Assembly: GCA_038087875.1 (NCBI GenBank)
Contig: CM076000.1
Coordinates: 310,001-374,000 of the forward strand
Direction of reading: 5' to 3'
Length of the DNA stretch: 64,000 nt
Source: Malacoraja senta
Taxonomy: Eukaryota
Shown: in pieces, positions 63,246 to 64,000 of the stretch
Layout: each line of letters begins with the position of its first letter
Position numbering within the stretch: the first letter of the stretch is position 1
Notes under the pieces: generated by a model
What the model was told of the DNA's origin: nothing
What the model saw: only the letters and a program-made list of their open reading frames with translations
The model's database searches: none
Program-made: the position numbers and the translations under genes

Positions 63246-64000
63246 AATAATTTATCTTAAATATTTTTAAATACGTTAGCAACAGGACTTTAGATGTTCA
63301 GTGCATAACCTTTTCTGGAAAGAGTGATTGTCATCTGCTTTGGCTTGTATCTGATGAAGTTTAGAAGAACAAAAGATGACAATGGAAATATAAGATGCTG
63401 AGGATTTTTGCCAAGGTAGACAAGGAGAGGAAAATTCCTCCTATGGGAGATTCAGGAACTGGAAATGCATCATCACAATGCATTGGGTGGGATGTCACCA
63501 TTTATAAAGATAAGGTCAGCAATTTAAGGCAGAGATGAGGTTATGAGACTTTCAAACACTCTTCCTCAAAGATCAGTAGAAAAGTGGTGTTTGAATATTT
63601 TTCTATACTTCCCTTACAATAATTTCTTTGCCTCTGCATTAAGTACTTCTGATGATCTTGGCTCCACAACAGTCTGTGGGGGAGAATTCCAGAGATTTAT
63701 CACCTTCCGCGTAAAGACATTTGTACACAACTTCCTTCTAAATGCCTGGCTTGAGATGCTCCCGTGAGAAAACAGCCAGAGGCAGCCCTATCAAATTCTG
63801 TATCTGATGGCACAAGGTGAAACTTAGTATGAACACAAAGCTGGAAATTACAGATTTTCATCATTAATGTTCTTGAATAAATCAACTATAGCAGCCTTAT
63901 TTCTAATGATGATATCTGAGAAAGCATATGGTAGCTGGTCAGTTAGAATAATGAAAAACCTGAACAATATCATTGCTTAATGCACAGGGTATTCAATGCT

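Overview
This is eukaryotic, repeat-rich DNA from a cartilaginous fish, most likely a skate or ray. The evidence is HE1/V-SINE copies, HER1/CR1 LINEs and abundant Penelope-derived short elements. The only host coding exon I can support is the 301-nt PH-domain exon of GAB2 on the minus strand (16577-16877). Exons 1 and 3 are not visible, so the window is probably all GAB2 intron 1 / exon 2 / intron 2. The rest is a transposon landscape: several young CR1 LINEs (one of about 3.7 kb with ORF1 esterase, APE and RT), an L1-clade fragment, Rex1/Babar fragments, a decayed but nearly complete DIRS1 tyrosine-recombinase retrotransposon, a Penelope element with an inverted pseudo-LTR and 14-bp TSD, MITEs, and a head-to-tail array of non-autonomous Helitrons. 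The most notable observations are: (1) the Helitron array has four junctions lacking the 5' TCTA, and exactly four TAGA/TAAGA remnants are stacked at its end, suggesting serial self-insertion; (2) minimal hammerhead-ribozyme cores recur in the Penelope termini and derived hairpin elements; (3) an orphan copper amine oxidase coding fragment sits inside an apparently foreign CpG/CCAAT-rich block; (4) near-identical CR1 copies bracket the GAB2 exon; (5) there is a local ~1 kb duplication. All family assignments come from motif recognition by eye, not database searches.
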